Positions 25,501 through 37,980 of a stretch of DNA of 64,000 nucleotides are shown here, piece by piece. Both the position numbers and the translations under genes were made by a program. Source of the DNA: Lytechinus pictus (taxonomy: Eukaryota); the NCBI RefSeq assembly GCF_037042905.1, contig NC_087252.1, positions 8,186,001 to 8,250,000 of the forward strand, given 5' to 3'. The notes below the pieces were generated by a model. It was not told the origin of the DNA and searched no databases. It saw nothing but the letters and a program-made list of their open reading frames with translations. Position 1 is the stretch's first letter. Every line of letters begins with the position of its first letter.

Positions 25501-26449
25501 TACAATATCAACTTTACAATCTATACATATCAAAACTATATAAAGCATTTTAAAGAACCCTTCTATTTAACACAAATAAACATAAAACTTATAGAAATGG
25601 ATTAACGAATATATTTCGAGCTTCTCGCCAAATCTTCTTATTCGGAGAAACTTAATAGAATTAATCAAATATGAGAACCTCATGGAAGATCATTAATGAA
25701 TTGATTTGACACTGGTAATCTAAAACATTAGCCAAAGATAATTTCAAAGTTCTCGATGCCGCAATAAATTCAGAAGATGTAGCTGATACATTTTATTCAT
25801 TTTTTTGTTAACATAGGACCCTCATTGGCAAACCAACTTTACAGACCAAATCAAAATTTTGCAAGATTTCTTCCCACACCACTAATGATTCGCTATTCTT
25901 TAAACCCACAAATGTTCAGGAAATAATTGAAATAAAAACACATCTCATATCAAGCAAATCTCAATATAGAATAAGCACTTTCATTCCTAAACAACTATGT
26001 ATTGCATCATGTTTCGATTATATCGATCTTCACCGGCAGACGTCCTAATTCCCTAAAAATATGCCAAGGTTTTTTGTGAAGGCAATCCACATGAAATAAC
26101 CAATCACATGCCGATGTCTATTCTTCCCGGCATATCCAAAATATTAACAATAAAATATTTACAACAGATTTTACACATTCCTTTATACTTTTCTCTATAT
26201 ACATTCAAACCAATATGGATTCAGGAAAGGACATTCAACGGACAAATCTTTAGTACATATACGATAAAATCACAAATGCAATGTCAAACAATGAATATAA
26301 AAGGAGTACCATGGACCTAAGCAAAGCATCTGATACCCTCGACAACCAAATTTTACATTAAAAACTTGAAAATTATGGAGATATAGTAATTGTGTTATCA
26401 TGGATTGAGAGCTATTTGTCAGATAGAAAAAATCTAATTCACAAATATA

Positions 26450-28960
26450 TTTATTTATTTATTTATTAAAACATCTTTATACAGGATAACATACAGGATA
26501 AGGGACTTACAATTACAAGCTTCGCTTTTTAATAAGTCCCTAATTTTCATTTTCACATGCTAACTGTAATCTATAATTTGTCTAATCATCAAAATATATT
26601 TGGAGCAAAAAAAATTGTATACATTCCATCTATTTCCTACGAATTTGTTAATTAATCATTGAAGTATTCTTATGACACTTATTCTGTGTTGTACATTCAT
26701 ACATATGTATATATATATGTTTGTTATGTTTATTATCAGAAAATGGAAGTGAAATAAACTAAACTGAAACTGAAACATGTTCAAATAAAATACACTGTTT
26801 TTCAACACGGTCCTGTTACATTAAAAAATATCAAACAACAATAAAAATGCATACAAACTTAATTAAGTTAAGATACTGGGTATGCTTAATTTACAATAAA
26901 AGTTGCACTAAAATAGAAAGAGCAGGAAGATAGAGAGAGGTAAGACAGAGATAGTGTGGTTAAGTATATGGCAGAAGTAGAGAGAGAGGGGGAGAGAAAG
27001 AAAGAGAGGAAAGAAAACAGTGCAACTATAATTACACAATAAAATATGGATAAAAATCAGTCAACTGTCAATTTAAAAATACTTGTTTTTGTATGACCTC
27101 TTGAAATGTATGATGTAATGGTTTGAAATATTGCACTATATATACAGTGCGTATAAAAAAAAGTTTACACTTAGAAAAAGTCCTGTAAAACTATACATTT
27201 GTAATATCCTGAAGATTTTTCCACATTTAAACATTGGTACAGATCCATTTAAGCAAACGACGATATAACTGTCGAAAAATATATCCGCTTGAGTGAGCAT
27301 CACTTACTTTTGAAAAGTTAGTGAAAAATGAATTGCGCATAACTTTGAAATAGTTATGGGAATAAAAGTCGACCTTAATCATGAAGAACACGTGAAATGT
27401 AGCTAGTAAAACTGATTTGAAGATATATTTTATTTTTAACTTGTTTCCTTTACCCAAAATACTTCGAAGAGTGCATTGCGCCCCATCCCACTCCCCCACA
27501 CACCGAGGCCATCGTGACGATATTTGCTTTCCACTGAGCTGTGATTTACATGAAATGGCTCAGGCTTGATTTCCATTCTGTTAAGCATTGGGAAGCTTGG
27601 GAAAAGTATGGAGAAACAAGTATTAAATGATAAATGAAATGTAATCCCACTTTAAATGATAAAAACTTACTGAAATTTTTTTTGAGGTGTCTGATCTAAA
27701 CGTTTGTTCAGATTTAGTTATGTCCTCAGATCCAGCTGGCACAAAAAAGGGTGAATGTTGTGCTTACTAAGTGTTGAAATTTCAATTTGGGTGTCAAAAT
27801 TGTTACGAAATGCTTGAATGTATCCGTTTTATTTCAGTTGGCTTAAAGTGCAAGGAAAATGTATGAGAAATGTTTCGCAGGCTAAGTTTGACACTTGCCC
27901 TTTCCTTTTGACACAGCGTGAAAACGAGCCTTTCTGCGCAAACAGATTTCTGCGAGCTTTACGAAAATAGACAGTGCTCACTCAAATTCTGTCAAACTTT
28001 TACTTTCATTGGATAGATTAGACCCAAACCCAAGATTATATGTGAAACAATTACCCACATGTTGTACATTTTTTAATTTTCAGGGCTTTTTCACAGTGTA
28101 AACTTTTTTTGATACGCACTGTATTTAACGGATTGCTTGAAACTTTCAATATTTGGCTTAGGTAATAAAGCATTCGGTGAATCAGCATTACGTGTATACA
28201 TTTCATGTCTATCGATAAATAGTTCAATATCATTACATAGTCTACTAGTTGCAAGGCCATATATACATTGGTAAGCTAAAATACATGAAAAATAATCCCT
28301 CCTTGTATCACAAGATTGCCATTTCAGTTTCTTCATTAGTGTACAACTAATACAAATATCATATTCTTTTATTACAATACGTGCCGCTCGCATTTGCAGT
28401 CTTATGATAAGTTCCCTGTTTTTCATTTCATTTCATTTCATTTCATTTCATTTCAAATAAACATTTATTTTTCCTCCATTTTACAAAATTTCTTCATTTT
28501 TGTTAACAAGAGTTCATATGAAATCAATTTCCATAAAGAATATAAATATATACAACTTATGTATATAGAGGAAGGCGTAGGTCCCTAGAAGAACATGCTT
28601 GTGGCGGGATACGCCTGTGGACATATAAATATATACAATACACAAAATACAATACAAAGATAATATAATGATATAATAATGTAATAATTTAATGAAAAAT
28701 TACCCCAAACGGAACAAGCATAATCTATACATGGCTGAATAGTTGTTTTATATAAAGTATTAAGTAAATCTGGTTTAAGAGTTGAACTTAAATGTCTTAA
28801 AGCATGTAACTTAAATGATATTGATCTACAAAGATGTTTTACATGAACATTCCATATGAGATTACGATCAACTTAAACACCTACATATCTTACAGAATTA
28901 ACTTAATTTATTAAGCTTTATATCCAATTTTCCTTTGTTTTTTGAATAACGAGTTGAAAT
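26450..28960 (-). mobile_element. CR1-group LINE 3' portion, copy 1 (itself interrupted)
   Basis: RLQMRAARIVI...KLKWQS...HEMYTRNA...LPKPNIESFKQS; colinear with 62715-63985, including the 3'UTR. Confidence 0.8.
27145..28121. mobile_element. Tc1/mariner-type MITE
   Basis: TA at 27143-27144 and 28122-28123; TIR CAGTGCGTAT(A/C)AAAAAAAGTTTACACT. Confidence 0.92.
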
Positions 28961-29777
28961 ATGCATAATAATATTTCTTCTAACCTTCAATCAATGAAAT
29001 ACAGCGTTCCACAAGGATCGATCTCGGACCCTTTGCTTTAAAAAAATATGTAGTACTCATTGACTAATGTAACGCCTTTATAATATGTAATTATAAATTT
29101 GTAATATTCGCAGATGACACAAACATTTTTTGGTCACAAAAAAGTTTAGAAACTTTAGTAGACACAATTAATCGTAAATTGCCAAAACTATCTTTGTGGC
29201 TTAAGTATGTTAACTGTAATACGCTTTCAGTTTACATCGATAAAACAAACTTTATATATTCAAACATATAAATTCACACATGGCTGAATTTTCTTACAAT
29301 GTAACCATTGACTATATTCCTCTGAAAAGAAAAAAAACACACCAAATTTAAGTGTGTTACAATAGATGCAAATTTAAATTGGAATGAACACATACTACTA
29401 GTATCTTGAGAAACGATGGTGTACTTAACAAAATGAAAAACATTATTCCACATACTACCCATGCCACACTATATATAATTCATTTATATTACCTTATATG
29501 ATATCATACTGCAATATAGTTTTTGCAACCTGTGAAAAAGTATAATTGATACAATACTTATTACACTAAAAATCTATTCGAAACGAACAAAATTAATTGC
29601 CCTATATATACATGTACTCGTAATCGGTAATGGGCACATAAAGAAGTTTAGTTGACATGTAATAAAAGAAAGGAAGAAGATGGAAAATATTATTATTTAG
29701 ATGTAGGGTTTTAGAGGCGCAGATATATTTTGACGTCTTGTGAGGTTGTTTCAAAGAGACAAAAATATTAAAACTGA

Positions 29778-30767
29778 TTTTTGTCTCGCCTGCATAGCAG
29801 AGCGAGACTATAGGCGCCGCTTTTCCGACGGCGACGGCGGCGTCAACATCAAATCTTAACCTAAGGTTAAGTTTTTGAAATGACTTCATAACTTAGAAAG
29901 TATATAGACCTAGTTCATGAAACTTAGACATAAGGTTAATCAAGTATTAGTGAACATCCTGCTCGAGTTCCAGGTCACATGACCAAGATCAAAGGTCATT
30001 TAGGGTCAATATACTTTGGCCAAGTTGGGGGTATTTGTTGAATTACCTTCATAACTTTGAAAATTTATGGATCTAGTTCATAAAACTTGGACATTAGGTT
30101 AGTTAATCAAGTACCACTGAATATCCTGTGCGAGTTTCAGGTCACATGACCATGGTCAATGGTCATTTAAGGTCAATGAACTTTGGCCGTGTTGGGGGTC
30201 TTTGTTAAATTACCATCCTAACTTTGAAGGTTTATTGATCTAGTTCGTAAAACTTGGACATAAGAGTGATCGAGTATCACTGAACACCCTGTACGAGTGT
30301 CAGGTCACATGACCATGGTCAAAGGTCATTTAAGGTCAATGAACTTTGGCCGTGTTGGGGGTATTTGTTGAATTACCATCCTAACTCTGAAGTTTATGGA
30401 TCTATTTCATAAAACTTGGGATATAAGAGTAATAAAGTATCACTGAACATCCCCTGTGAGTTACAGGTCACAAAACCGAGGTCAAAGGTCAGTTAAGGTC
30501 AATAAACTTAGGCCATGTTGGGGTAATTGTTGAATTGCCATCATAACTTTGAAAGTTTATGGATAGAGTGAATGAAATGTGGACATGGGTGTAAGTGACA
30601 AGTCTTAAGTCACCGTTCAAATGTCATGTATGGTCAGTGAACGTGGTATGTCATTATATGAATGGTGTTTTTGTGAATTATTATTTTATAGTAGATTTCA
30701 AAGTTAGCACTGCTGCTATGTTAAATCGCGTAATGCAGGCGAGACTGCCAGAGGCGTTCCACTTGTT
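29778..30767 (+). mobile_element. Complete HINE/DINE-1-like (Helentron-associated, Tsp/pearl-like) element
   Basis: 5' T-run plus subTIR GTCTCGCCTGCAT (29783-29795), adjacent partial IR GCGAGAC, GGC tract and ~5-6 internal repeats of ~120 bp; 3' subTIR ATGCAGGCGAGAC (30733-30745), short hairpin TGCCAGAGGCG, end CTTGTT. Confidence 0.85.
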
Positions 30768-30824
30768 AACGTATATGCCTATGAAAACCATCCAATATTT
30801 TCCATTACTAACCGTATCAGACAT

Positions 30825-31357
30825 CTGAGCAGGGCAAATTTGATACATTGTTGCCTGCCTAAGACTGGGATCAAATGGCCGGTCAATAAATTTCCAATAA
30901 GCCAGTTCGTAGTTCCTTTCTGCGCATGATCAGAGGAAGGTCATTTGTACTGAAGTGACATGGTGGTTTAAAATATAATGAGATAAGCACCAACTTTGAT
31001 GTCTTGATTATTCATATATTCTTTTGAATTGTGGTTTTCTTTTACATCCACAAAAAACAACAATGCGTCCACGAACGACTGGTATTTCACAGTTTGCCAA
31101 GTACATTGTGCAACACGCTATGGAATGCATTCAAAGTAGCAATGCAACAAATACAAGTGTTCATTGGTGTGCTATTCTAGTCACCTGGTCCACTCAATTT
31201 CTTCATCCTGCTATGTAAGGCAAGCTTACGATATATCTTGCTTTGAAATATGCCTATCATAGTGAAAGAAATGAAAGGTCATTTGACCAAAATCGTCCAT
31301 GATTAACTACGAACTGGTCGATTGTTTATTCACGGGCCCAATTTATTGCCCGCTCAG
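30825..31357. mobile_element. MITE with imperfect TIRs, unclassified
   Basis: CTGAGCAGGGCAA...CCAGTTCGTAGTT versus AACTACGAACTGG...TTGCCCGCTCAG. Confidence 0.65.
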
Positions 31358-31367
31358 GAAAGTCAAT

Positions 31368-32036
31368 AGTGGGTTTTCGCCCAGCGTCGTACGACGCTAT
31401 CTACGACGTAGAACGATCTCTTTGTTCGTGCGTCCGTCGCGCTCAACTCTCGCTTGTAAGCAGTTTCGCAAATCGCTGAACGCGGCCGGATCGACCGGCT
31501 GGCATGGTTGGCATGTAATGTTGACACGCCAACATGTGCATTGTATATGTTCCTACTATGTGCACACAACTGGCAGTGCCATGTGTCTTGCAGTCGCGTC
31601 GTCGACCGAGCCATGCAACGGCTTTTCAATCATATTTCAATAATCATACTCGTTTAAACTTCTACTGTAACATTTTGAAATTATACTTAGCTTGATTTTA
31701 GTATAATTGAAATGGTACTCACCGAAAAACTCGCATTCGAGTCCATGTTTTGAAGCTTTCAGCTATCAGTGTAGTCAGAGTAGAGTACAACATGTGCATG
31801 CACGCGATGGGCGAATGTGTTTACATCGATCGGCTCAGCTTGCTCGCTCTACAAGCGATCTGATTGGCTGTTGACGGCTGTTGACAAATCCTACGTTCTA
31901 ATGCGGACGCCCGCTAATTTGCGGAAGAACCGTCCGTGATTTGAGCTCAAGAACGCTCGGGCCTCTGTTTCCATGAAAGTTGGCGATTTTTGCACACGTA
32001 CGTTCTACGTCGTACGACGCTGGGCGAAAACCCACT
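31368..32036. mobile_element. PIF/Harbinger-group MITE, AAT TSD
   Basis: 29-bp perfect TIR AGTGGGTTTTCGCCCAGCGTCGTACGACG; AAT at 31365-31367 and 32037-32039. Confidence 0.88.
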
Positions 32037-32144
32037 AATGAGAAAATGCGTGGAAATGTCGCGGGCAATAAGGCAGAGCTAACATCCGGGTATTCTACGC
32101 GTTTTGTACGCGTCTTTGAACCGCGCAGTGCTATACGTCACAAT

Positions 32145-32605
32145 TACCGTGTTTACATGTGATCGGCCTTTCGTTCAGAACCAAAAGCCGATGCAGAATC
32201 GGATTTTGGTTTATCTTGCACCGCGTTTACACGCTGTTACAGCTCACGGTTCAGAATCGGCTTTTGGGTCAAAAACCTGAAATGATCCGCGCACCAACAA
32301 TATACGTCATAATAAAGACAAAACTGGATCAGTGCGCTTTGAAGTACGTCATAATGGTAAAGTACATGAAATGCGCGCCAACTGCCGATGCAGAATCGGC
32401 TTTCTGTTTACACGAAGTAAAAAAGCCGATTCTGCATCGGCTCGCGATTCTGCACCTTTTACTTTTGTAGTGCAAAATTGCCGTTTCTGAACCGAGAGCC
32501 GATGTAAGTTAATCGCGTTTACACGCAAAAAAAAGCCGATTCTGCATCGGCTCGCGGTTCAGAACCGCGAGCCGATGCAAAAGCCGATCACATGTAAACA
32601 CGGTA
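32145..32605. mobile_element. PIF/Harbinger-group MITE, AAT TSD
   Basis: TIR TACCGTGTTTACATGTGATCGGC; AAT at 32142-32144 and 32606-32608; internal GCCGATGCAGAATCGGC motifs. Confidence 0.88.
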
Positions 32606-32617
32606 AATGTTAATCCG

Positions 32618-32774
32618 GGGAGCGTTTCATCAATATTTTCATCCGACAAGTTGTCAGATCTGACATCTTTCCATGATTTTGATTGGCTGAGAGGCACTGT
32701 TCCTATGGTAACTGTCGGATAAAATGGGACTTGTCGGATAAAACGTCCGACAAGTCCTTTCATGAAACGCCCCC
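32618..32774. mobile_element. Short Harbinger-group MITE
   Basis: GGGAGCGTTTCATCAA versus TTCATGAAACGCCCCC; flanks CCG and CAG. Confidence 0.7.
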
Positions 32775-32779
32775 CAGGT

Positions 32780-33430
32780 TGAGACAACGTTGGATACTGC
32801 GTTCCATAAGTTAACGCCCGATTATATGACTGATAAATTTGTTTTTAACGAAAAGCACTATGGACTAAGATCAAATTCAGACCTAATGCTTCCCAAACCA
32901 AGAACAAATCAATGTAAACGTACATTCTTATATCGTGGATCTGTCTTGTACAATAAACTACCACTCAAGCTACGCCAGCTGGACACACTTAATATATTTA
33001 ATAAACACGTTCAGAATTTTTTTGACTATTTTGATATTTGAAATCCGCAATCCCTTATTCACTGCCATACGATAGTAACCGGTGTAATAACAGACTAAAT
33101 TGGGCGTTTAAGTAATCAATAGTAGGGTGGGTTAAAGGGGAGGGGGGCATTTCCACAATGGGATATTTTTTAACCGTAAGTTAGTTTTAGTCTTTGCATT
33201 TTTTTTCTCCTTGTTATGTTACTGATTAAGTATTGTGTATTTTTTTGTTATAATACGTATTTACCATGTTTACGTTGCAAAGGACCCCATGGAAGAACAG
33301 CGGCATTATGTTAATGCCGCTGAAATGGGCAATCCTCCATATTTCATTTGACGATTTTTCTTTTTCTTCTTGTAATTTGATTATGTATATTATTTGTTTT
33401 ATATGGAAATAAATACAAACAAACAAACAA
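32780..33430 (+). mobile_element. CR1-group LINE 3' end
   Basis: HYGLRSNSDLMLPKPRTNQCKRTFLYRGSVLYNKLP; 3'UTR stem-loop CAGCGGCATT...AATGCCGCTG; (AAAC)n tail. Confidence 0.8.
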
Positions 33431-34909
33431 GGCCAGGGATGCGTCATTTCAATTACGTCACAATGGTAAAGTTCGGAGGCCCAGTCTTCTCAACATGACC
33501 AACTAGATTCTCATTCTTAAACTTTGAAATATCTAAATTTGAACGATTTTTGTTCTAGATGTCTGATTTGGTTAGTAATAGAAATAGTGACTGGCCTGGG
33601 GACAAAAGGACATATATCGCCCTCACTAAATTGATATCACCCGGTCTACAACTCGGGCGATATAAATCTAGTTTGGGTGATATATGTCGTATCGCCCCCG
33701 AGGCCAGTCAATATTGCTTTAATATTGGATGAAATGAATATTTTGCCCGCCCACAAGATTAAAATGAAGCAATTGTTACGTCACAATGAAATGCATTGCG
33801 TATTGCATGTAGTTGCCAGGAGGTGTGGCAAAGGAGCGAGATTGCGTCAATTTTGAATTCAAATGCGCTTGCACTATACGCTAGCGCATCTTTACAGAGA
33901 TTGCCATGCTCATGATTTACAGGATTGACATTAATGAGTAAAAAAAAAATGTTTTTGCGTTATTAATTCGTGTTTAGCTTTGTGGGGGTGTCTAAGTAAT
34001 AATAATAATAATAATAATAATTCGATGACCAATTGGGATGCGTAAAAATTATTGTTACTCGCTGAAGAACAATATTGGATTCGTCTCCGACTCATCCAAT
34101 ATGGTTCTTCAGCCCGTAAAATATTTCTATGCATCCCATCCAAGGCCATCCAATATTCCCTATAGCAGTAAGGGAATACGACGTGACAGAGGTAAAAGAA
34201 CACGAAAAAAGAGGGGGGGGGGGAGGGGAAATTGGCTGACTTGGCTGAATATCCAGTTGGACAAAATACAAGATTAATAGATAAACTCAGAAGATATCAC
34301 ATTATCCTCTATATAGGGCGTTTTAGCCATACATTAAAAACACGAGCAGAAAGCATCTGCAATATAACAACATTTATCCGTAATATTGGAAACAATACGT
34401 ATATCTCATTATATTTAAACATATTTTATTTATATAATTTATTTTTTATGATCATGAACTTATAAAACAAAATATATGAAAACGCTTTACGCGAGTTGAA
34501 TTATTCTCTGTGTATATTGACTTAATTCTAGACCGTGAAACCTGGCATTTCAAATCTGTATAAATTAAAAACAGTATTGTGTCGAAGGGCTGGTAACATC
34601 GGTCTTCAAAAATAGACATAGATGTAAGGTTTCTTTCTTTTTATGCGAGGTGGGCTATTATACATTCGACAATATGAAATAGTAGTTGACTTTTGTTTCC
34701 TCACTCTTTTTCTTCACAAATATTTTCAATTTATCTCTTTTCATTTTCGTCCCTTCTTTCTCTCATTTATATGTAGTCACTTTCTATTAGTATTCAGAAA
34801 AGGTATTATGGCAAATGAATATTGGCTCCAACGGGTCACGCTTAATCTTCACACTTTCATTTGTTTCTTTTGAAAATTAGGCTTTCTGCTTTTTATTTAT
34901 TTTAAACAC

Positions 34910-37900
34910 AGGCGAGCATCTTCTCGGGTCCCTACACAAGTCCTGCCAGGTGGAGGGTACAAGATCTGGCTTTCGGGTTAAAAGACCCCAGATCTTCGGC
35001 AGTGCACAGCTCTGATAGGAAGGGCAGACCAGAAGGTGTTACACCGTCAGATCCTCCCACAGTCGCAGGCAGTTTCTCCATCCCTGCTGTAGCCCCATTT
35101 CTGCATTACGACTTTGCACCGTAGTGTTCCAGACCGTAGGAGATTAAGACATAGCAAGATTGGCCATTCCTCATTCGGACCTTGAGGGAGTGGTCCATAG
35201 GACAGTTTGTGTGTCAAAGACAGAAGGTGGTTAGACCATAGAGTGGCTCTTTGATTGTGAGCAGAGGCATCAAGAGATTCAGTCGAGTGAAGGAAGCTAC
35301 GTTTTGATTTGAGTCTTTTTTGTTTGACCGGTTCGTGGTTAAAGGGTGGATAATGGGGAATAGCTTCTTGCTGGTTGCCTTGTTTCCGCCTGAGCTGACA
35401 TCACCTCTCTTCTGATGTGTGAAGGGGCAATACCATACAGTAGGTAAAGATCATCTACTCTTGTTGGTCGCATACAGCCAGTAATTGCTCTGCAAGAAGC
35501 ATTCAGGGCTGGAGCAATCTTTGCAGCAATAAAGGGATGACCTACATCAAACAGGGGCTGTATACTCAGTCAAGTAACGTAGGGCAAGAGCTGTCTTGGC
35601 ATCTATTCCTCATTTTGTGTTGGCAAACTTCTTCATGATGCTGTTCCTTGCTCCAACTTTAGCCTTTGTCTTGGCATCAAGTTCTTTGTATGTAAGAGAA
35701 ACGTCTAGGGTGACGCCGAGGTAGATTGGCTTGCTAGTGTGTTTCAACAATTTTTAATACCATCTGACCCTCAATTGCCGGTCTGCATCTCTGTTTGAAT
35801 TTTCGACCCTCTCGCCCGACCCGCGACATGGAAAATTGGCCAAAATTTGGCAAACTTTTTTTTTCCAGAATTGCCCCCGAACCCCCCCCCCCAAAACCAG
35901 CCGTCTTCGCTCCCTGGGATGTTTTAGCATCCTAACCGATCATTATACGCAAAATAAAGAAGATCCAAGGAGTTTGAATTTTCGACCCTCTCGCCCCACC
36001 CGCGACATGGAAAATTGGCCAAAATTGGGCAAATTTTTTTTCCTCCAGAATTGCCCCCGAAACCCCCCCAAACCAGCCGTCTTCGCTCCCTGGGATGTTT
36101 TAGCATCCTAACCGATCATTATACGCAAAATAAAGAAGATCCAAGGAGTTTGAATTTTCGACCCTCTCGCCCCACCCGCGACATGGAAAATTGGCCAAAA
36201 TTGGGCAAATTTTTTTTTCTTCCAGAATTGCCCCCGAAACCCCCCCAAACCAGCCGTCTTCGCTCCCTGGGATGTTTTAGCATCCGAACCGATCATTATA
36301 CGCAAAATAAAGAAGATCCAAGGAGTTTGCATTTTCGACCCTCTCGCCCCACCCGCGACATGGAAAATTGGCCAAAATTGGGCAATTTTTTTTTTCTCCA
36401 GAATTGCCCCCGAACCCCCCCCCCCCCCAAAACCAGCCGTCTTCGCTCCCTGGGATGTTTTAGCATCCTAACCGATCATTACACGCAAAATAAAGAAGAT
36501 CCAAGGAGTTTGAATTTTCGACCCTCTCGCGCCGAGTTGTTTTTTTTATTCTGGATTTGCCAGGAGATAATATGCAGCATAGTAAGGAGTAGGGCTTACC
36601 AGAGCATCGCCGAGTGCTTTTTCCACCTCTTCAAAGGACTGCTTTTGCAGAGCAATGCACAGGTCATCAGTGTACATGCAGCTCGTAGTACCTGGGTGGA
36701 TTGGTTTGTCATTCTTGTAGATGTTAAAGAGGAATGGGCGAGGACGCTTCCTTGTGGGGGACCATTTTCCTGCTTCCGCCATTTGCTGCTGGATCCACCA
36801 AGATTAAAAAAAAAAAAAAACCTGCCGGTTTTAAACGCATCTTCTGGATCAGCTGTGTCAGCTCAAGGTCCTTCGTCATCTCAAAGACATATTATATGTG
36901 AGTATCCGATGATTTACTGTGTCATAAGCTGCATTAAGGTCGACAAGGGCTGCTCTAGTTATCAGCCCTTTCTCAAAGCCATCTTCGATATACTGTGTCA
37001 GATTCAGCGGTTGACCAGTACAAGACTTCCCTGAGCGGAAACCTGCCTGTTTTGGATTGAGGAGCTCATCCACAAAGGAAGAAATGCGGTTGAGCATGAA
37101 CATTTCAAAGAGCTTGCGTGTATGTGACAGAGCTGATATATGAATATGTAGCTCTTTGGGCTGGCTGGATCTTTGCCTGGTTTGAGTAAGGCAACTATCC
37201 TTGATTTCCTCCATATGTTTGGCATTTTGTTTTCACTCAAAAAGTAGTTAAGCATGTCAAACAGCCAATGGAGTTAAACAAATCCAAAATGTTTGATATG
37301 CTTACAGAGAACATCATCCAATCCAGCAGCCTTGTTCTTCACCGCTTTGATAGCGTCGTTCATGCCGATGTCGTTCACACTGAAATGTCTTGTAAATTCA
37401 GATAACTCTTGAGAGGCTCTTCCTCCACCTTTAGGGAGGTTGAATCTTTGCTGGCAATGAATAGGGTTACCTTAACTGTTCACAAGCAACTGATGGGCCA
37501 CTTGGTCGGCAGAAACCTGGGGCCTAGGTTGAGACTTTGTATTGTCGTTTACAAGGATCCGAATTGTTTTCGAGGCTTTCCTGCTGCTGTAAGTCATATG
37601 TGTTGATTCAATGAAATCTTGCTTTTTTTTTTTTTTTTACTATCCATGATAGCAGTTGTCAAGTTTTCCCCCACATTCAAGTGTATCGGCGCGAAAGGGA
37701 TCATTCTCAAAGCACCTCACATATTCATTGTACAGCAGCTTAGAGTCATCCGTCGAGCCCGGAGTGTATTCTTGTATGGCATTTTCATGGAATATTCTTC
37801 CTTGATATTTCTTCAGCAGTTTTACAAAGGTGTCGTAATCATGGTAATAAGCAGTGAGTGCAGGGAGGTTCTGAAGATATTATCCAGATCTACGACAAAC

Positions 37901-37980
37901 TGCTCCCAGTTTCGTTTTTTTCAGGTTGAAACGTCTGCGGAAGGGAATTTTGCGAGGAGTAAGGGCTGCATTCTTTTTCA
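34910..37980 (-). mobile_element. Decayed Vingi/Ingi-group LINE
   Basis: Frameshifted segments WRKSRIVALLKPGKDPASPKSY, QAGFRSGKSCTGQPLNLTQYIEDGFEKG..ALVDLNAAYDTVNHR and LFNIYKND..MYTDDL; C-terminal LNLLRSG..KWGY..CDCG..HLLVCP knuckle near 35030-35150. Confidence 0.85.
35793..36530. repeat. Satellite-like tandem array: 4 x ~177 bp plus 23 bp, inserted in the Vingi relic
   Basis: Units start at 35793, 35972, 36148, 36325 and 36508 (GTTTG(A/C)ATTTTCGACCCTCTCGC); near-identical apart from homopolymer lengths. Confidence 0.95.

Larger units (their letters stand above)
25540..29590 (+). mobile_element. Heavily decayed CR1-group LINE (RT region), interrupted by nested insertions at ~26440-28985
   Basis: Broken motifs FFVNIGPSLA (~25803), MDLSKASDTLDNQIL..KLENYG (~26311), WIESYLSDRK (26401), resuming with VPQGSI.GPLL (~29005) and FADDTN (~29108). 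Confidence 0.8.

Noticed and set aside
36015..37034. 339-aa ORF with internal repeats
   Set aside because: It is a chance read-through of the satellite units into the antisense strand of the Vingi relic.
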